A stretch of 64,000 nucleotides of DNA from contig JABLTG010000024.1 in assembly GCA_016618085.1 (NCBI GenBank), positions 1 through 64,000 of the forward strand, given 5' to 3'. Source of the DNA: Neovahlkampfia damariscottae (Eukaryota). Shown one piece after another: positions 62,001-64,000 of the stretch (its first letter is position 1; each line of letters begins with the position of its first letter). A model generated the notes under the pieces. The model worked only from the letters and a program-made list of their open reading frames with translations, was not told the origin of the DNA and searched no databases. A program made the translations under genes and the position numbers.

Positions 62001-64000
62001 TCCGAAGCTTCATCTAAATTTTTTACAAGACATAAGTTACCTGCGAGCATTGTAAGTACTTTGTAAGTCAATTTGTGATCTGATTTCCAACTACTTTCAG
62101 GTAATAATGATTTCGCAATCTTTGAGTAATTTACAGCTGAATCAAAAGCATGACTTTGTAATGCAGTGATTGAAGCTCTTAAATTCAATTGAATCAATTG
62201 ATTTTTGTCTTTAAAATAATCTCCTGCTGAATTCAAATGATTGACAATATCGAAAATGTATTTTTCAAATTCATTTTTTTTTGTTGCTGCTTCCAAGAAT
62301 ATACTTCCAATTTGAAAATGAACTTGTTGTTTATTTGGATATATTTCATAAGAAGCTTGTTGTAAACGATCATGAACAAATTTAAATGAATTTCCAATTT
62401 CAAAGATCCATCCTTTTGTTATGACTTCTAATAATCCTTGATATAGTTCTTCTTCTGTCAATTGGAGTAATGTTGAAAGTAAATCTAAATTAAATTCTAC
62501 ACCAATACATGATGCAATATTCAATATCTTTTTTGTTTCTTCTGAAAATTCATGAACTTTTTCAATCATAAATTCAACAACATTTTCACTAAATTTAACT
62601 TTTGAAATTTCATCTAAATTCCAAACCCATTTTTCATTTTGATAATTAAATTTGATAAGTTTTTTATCATACAAATTGAAAATGAATTCTTTGATGAAGA
62701 ATGGATTACCATTGGTTTTTGAGTAAATCAATTTTGAAAGATCTATGACATCACTTGAATCCAATGTATCTTTTAACATTTCTTCAACATCTTCCATTTT
62801 CAAATTTTTCAAGTTGATAGTTTCAAATCCTCTTTCTTTAATTAATGGATCTAAAATTGTAACCATTGGATGCGTTGAAGAAACTTCATTATCTCTGTAG
62901 GCACCAATCAGTAACATTTTTGAATTTGGTTCTTGAATCAATGATCGAATCAATTGTAAAGAAGGAATATCAGCCCATTGTAAATCATCAACGAATAAAC
63001 ATAATAATTTGTCTCCTGAAATAACATTAAAGAAGTCAATCAATGTAATGATGAATCTCTTTTGCTGTTCTGCTTCACTGGCTAATTCTTCGAGATCTTC
63101 TTGTTCTCCTAAAATATATTCACTTTCTTTGATCAAAGATGTTAAAACTTTTCCATTTTTGTTGAGCGCCTTTAAGATCATATCTTTTTCCTTTTTCAAA
63201 TTTTCTTGTGATTCTGATGACAAAAGTTGAAAATATTTCTTTAAAATTCTTTGAAAAAAAGTTAGTTTATACAAGAAATCTTACTGTATAAAAGCAGAGA
63301 AAGGTGATTGTAAAAATTGATCAAACTTTCCTGTTAAGATCATACTTTCGTTTTTGTTTGAAAGAATTTCATGAATAAGACTCTACAAAAATAAAAATTA
63401 AAAAAAGTGAGAACTTACTGATTTACCAATTCCAGATACTCCAGATATCATAATCATTTCTGTTACTTTGCTATCTTTTATGTTATTTATCTTTTCTTTG
63501 AAAAGTTGTATTTCAGTATCTCTTCCATATAACTTATTCTCAAATGAAAGAATATCATCAACATCATACATTCCAGCTTTAAATTTCTTCAATTCTTCTT
63601 GGTTATTCAAATTTTTTAAAATGAATTCTAATTCTTTCTTTGCTCCTATGATTGAACAATATCTTTCACTTTGACTTTTTTTAATCATTTTTTGTATAAC
63701 TTCTTCAATATAACTTGGAGTATCTTTTCTAAAAGATGACATCAAAGGTGGTTTTTCTGCTATGTGGGAGTAAATAACTTCATTTGGTTGTCCTTTGAAA
63801 GGAATTTCTCCAGTGAAAAGTTGAAATAAAGATATACCAAGTGAGTAAATATCACTTGTTTTATCAATTTGTTTTGATGTTCTTCCACTTTGTTCAGGAC
63901 TCATGTAAAAGTAAGTACCTGTCAAAAAAGTGTTAAAAAAATTTTCGTTTTTTACCTCTTTCATTGTTTGGAATTGATGGATTTTTCAAAGAAACTAAAA
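59027..64000 (-). CDS. Ser/Thr kinase - AAA(STAND) - GAF - class III adenylyl cyclase (paralog 2; 5' end outside the window)
   Basis: GTYFYMSPE, GVSGIGKS, VDDLQWAD, GNPFF, VLYLENN, FSDIRNFT, DKFIGD, KTVNTASRME; introns 63919-63955, 63383-63418, 63249-63284. Confidence 0.9.

Noticed and set aside
1197..63674. Many short antisense or alternate-frame ORFs in the track (e.g. 1197-1514, 8653-8835, 30516-30914, 45450-45755, 54448-54630)
   Set aside because: Shadows of real genes on the other strand or frame, with no motifs
1..64000. CRISPR arrays, transposases, prophage or bacterial contamination
   Set aside because: No spaced repeats or transposase motifs were seen; the bacterial-like genes carry host introns and/or CCAAT promoters and match the flanking composition

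Overview
Very AT-rich, extremely gene-dense eukaryotic nuclear DNA in the standard genetic code. It carries about 45 protein-coding genes split by tiny (about 29-45 nt) GT-AG introns, with intergenic gaps often under 100 nt, and a CCAAT/ATTGG box sits just upstream of most start codons. The gene content (RGS-START paralogs, kinase-AAA-GAF-adenylyl cyclases) suggests a free-living protist, possibly a heterolobosean; this is inference. Housekeeping genes include ALG12, an elongase, RPS5, H2B, MCCC2, GPN1, an Akt-like kinase, PPIL4, an actin-like protein, thioredoxins, ECHS1, SEH1, WDR82, STRIP/FAR11 and kanadaptin. The top finding is a signal-peptide- and KDEL-bearing protein made of two tandem [degenerate AdoMetDC-like + aminopropyltransferase] modules, a candidate ER-lumenal polyamine synthase (32949-35495). 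Other notable items are an intronless bacterial-type alanine racemase, two kinase-STAND-GAF-cyclase paralogs, a myotubularin-DIL fusion, a possible spliced ALG12-p23 fusion, a stand-alone NPC1 N-terminal domain protein, an Rnl2-like RNA ligase and a 3-nt micro-exon. No rRNA, tRNA, CRISPR array or transposon was recognised. Gene models were assembled by eye and family calls rest on motif recognition, not database searches.
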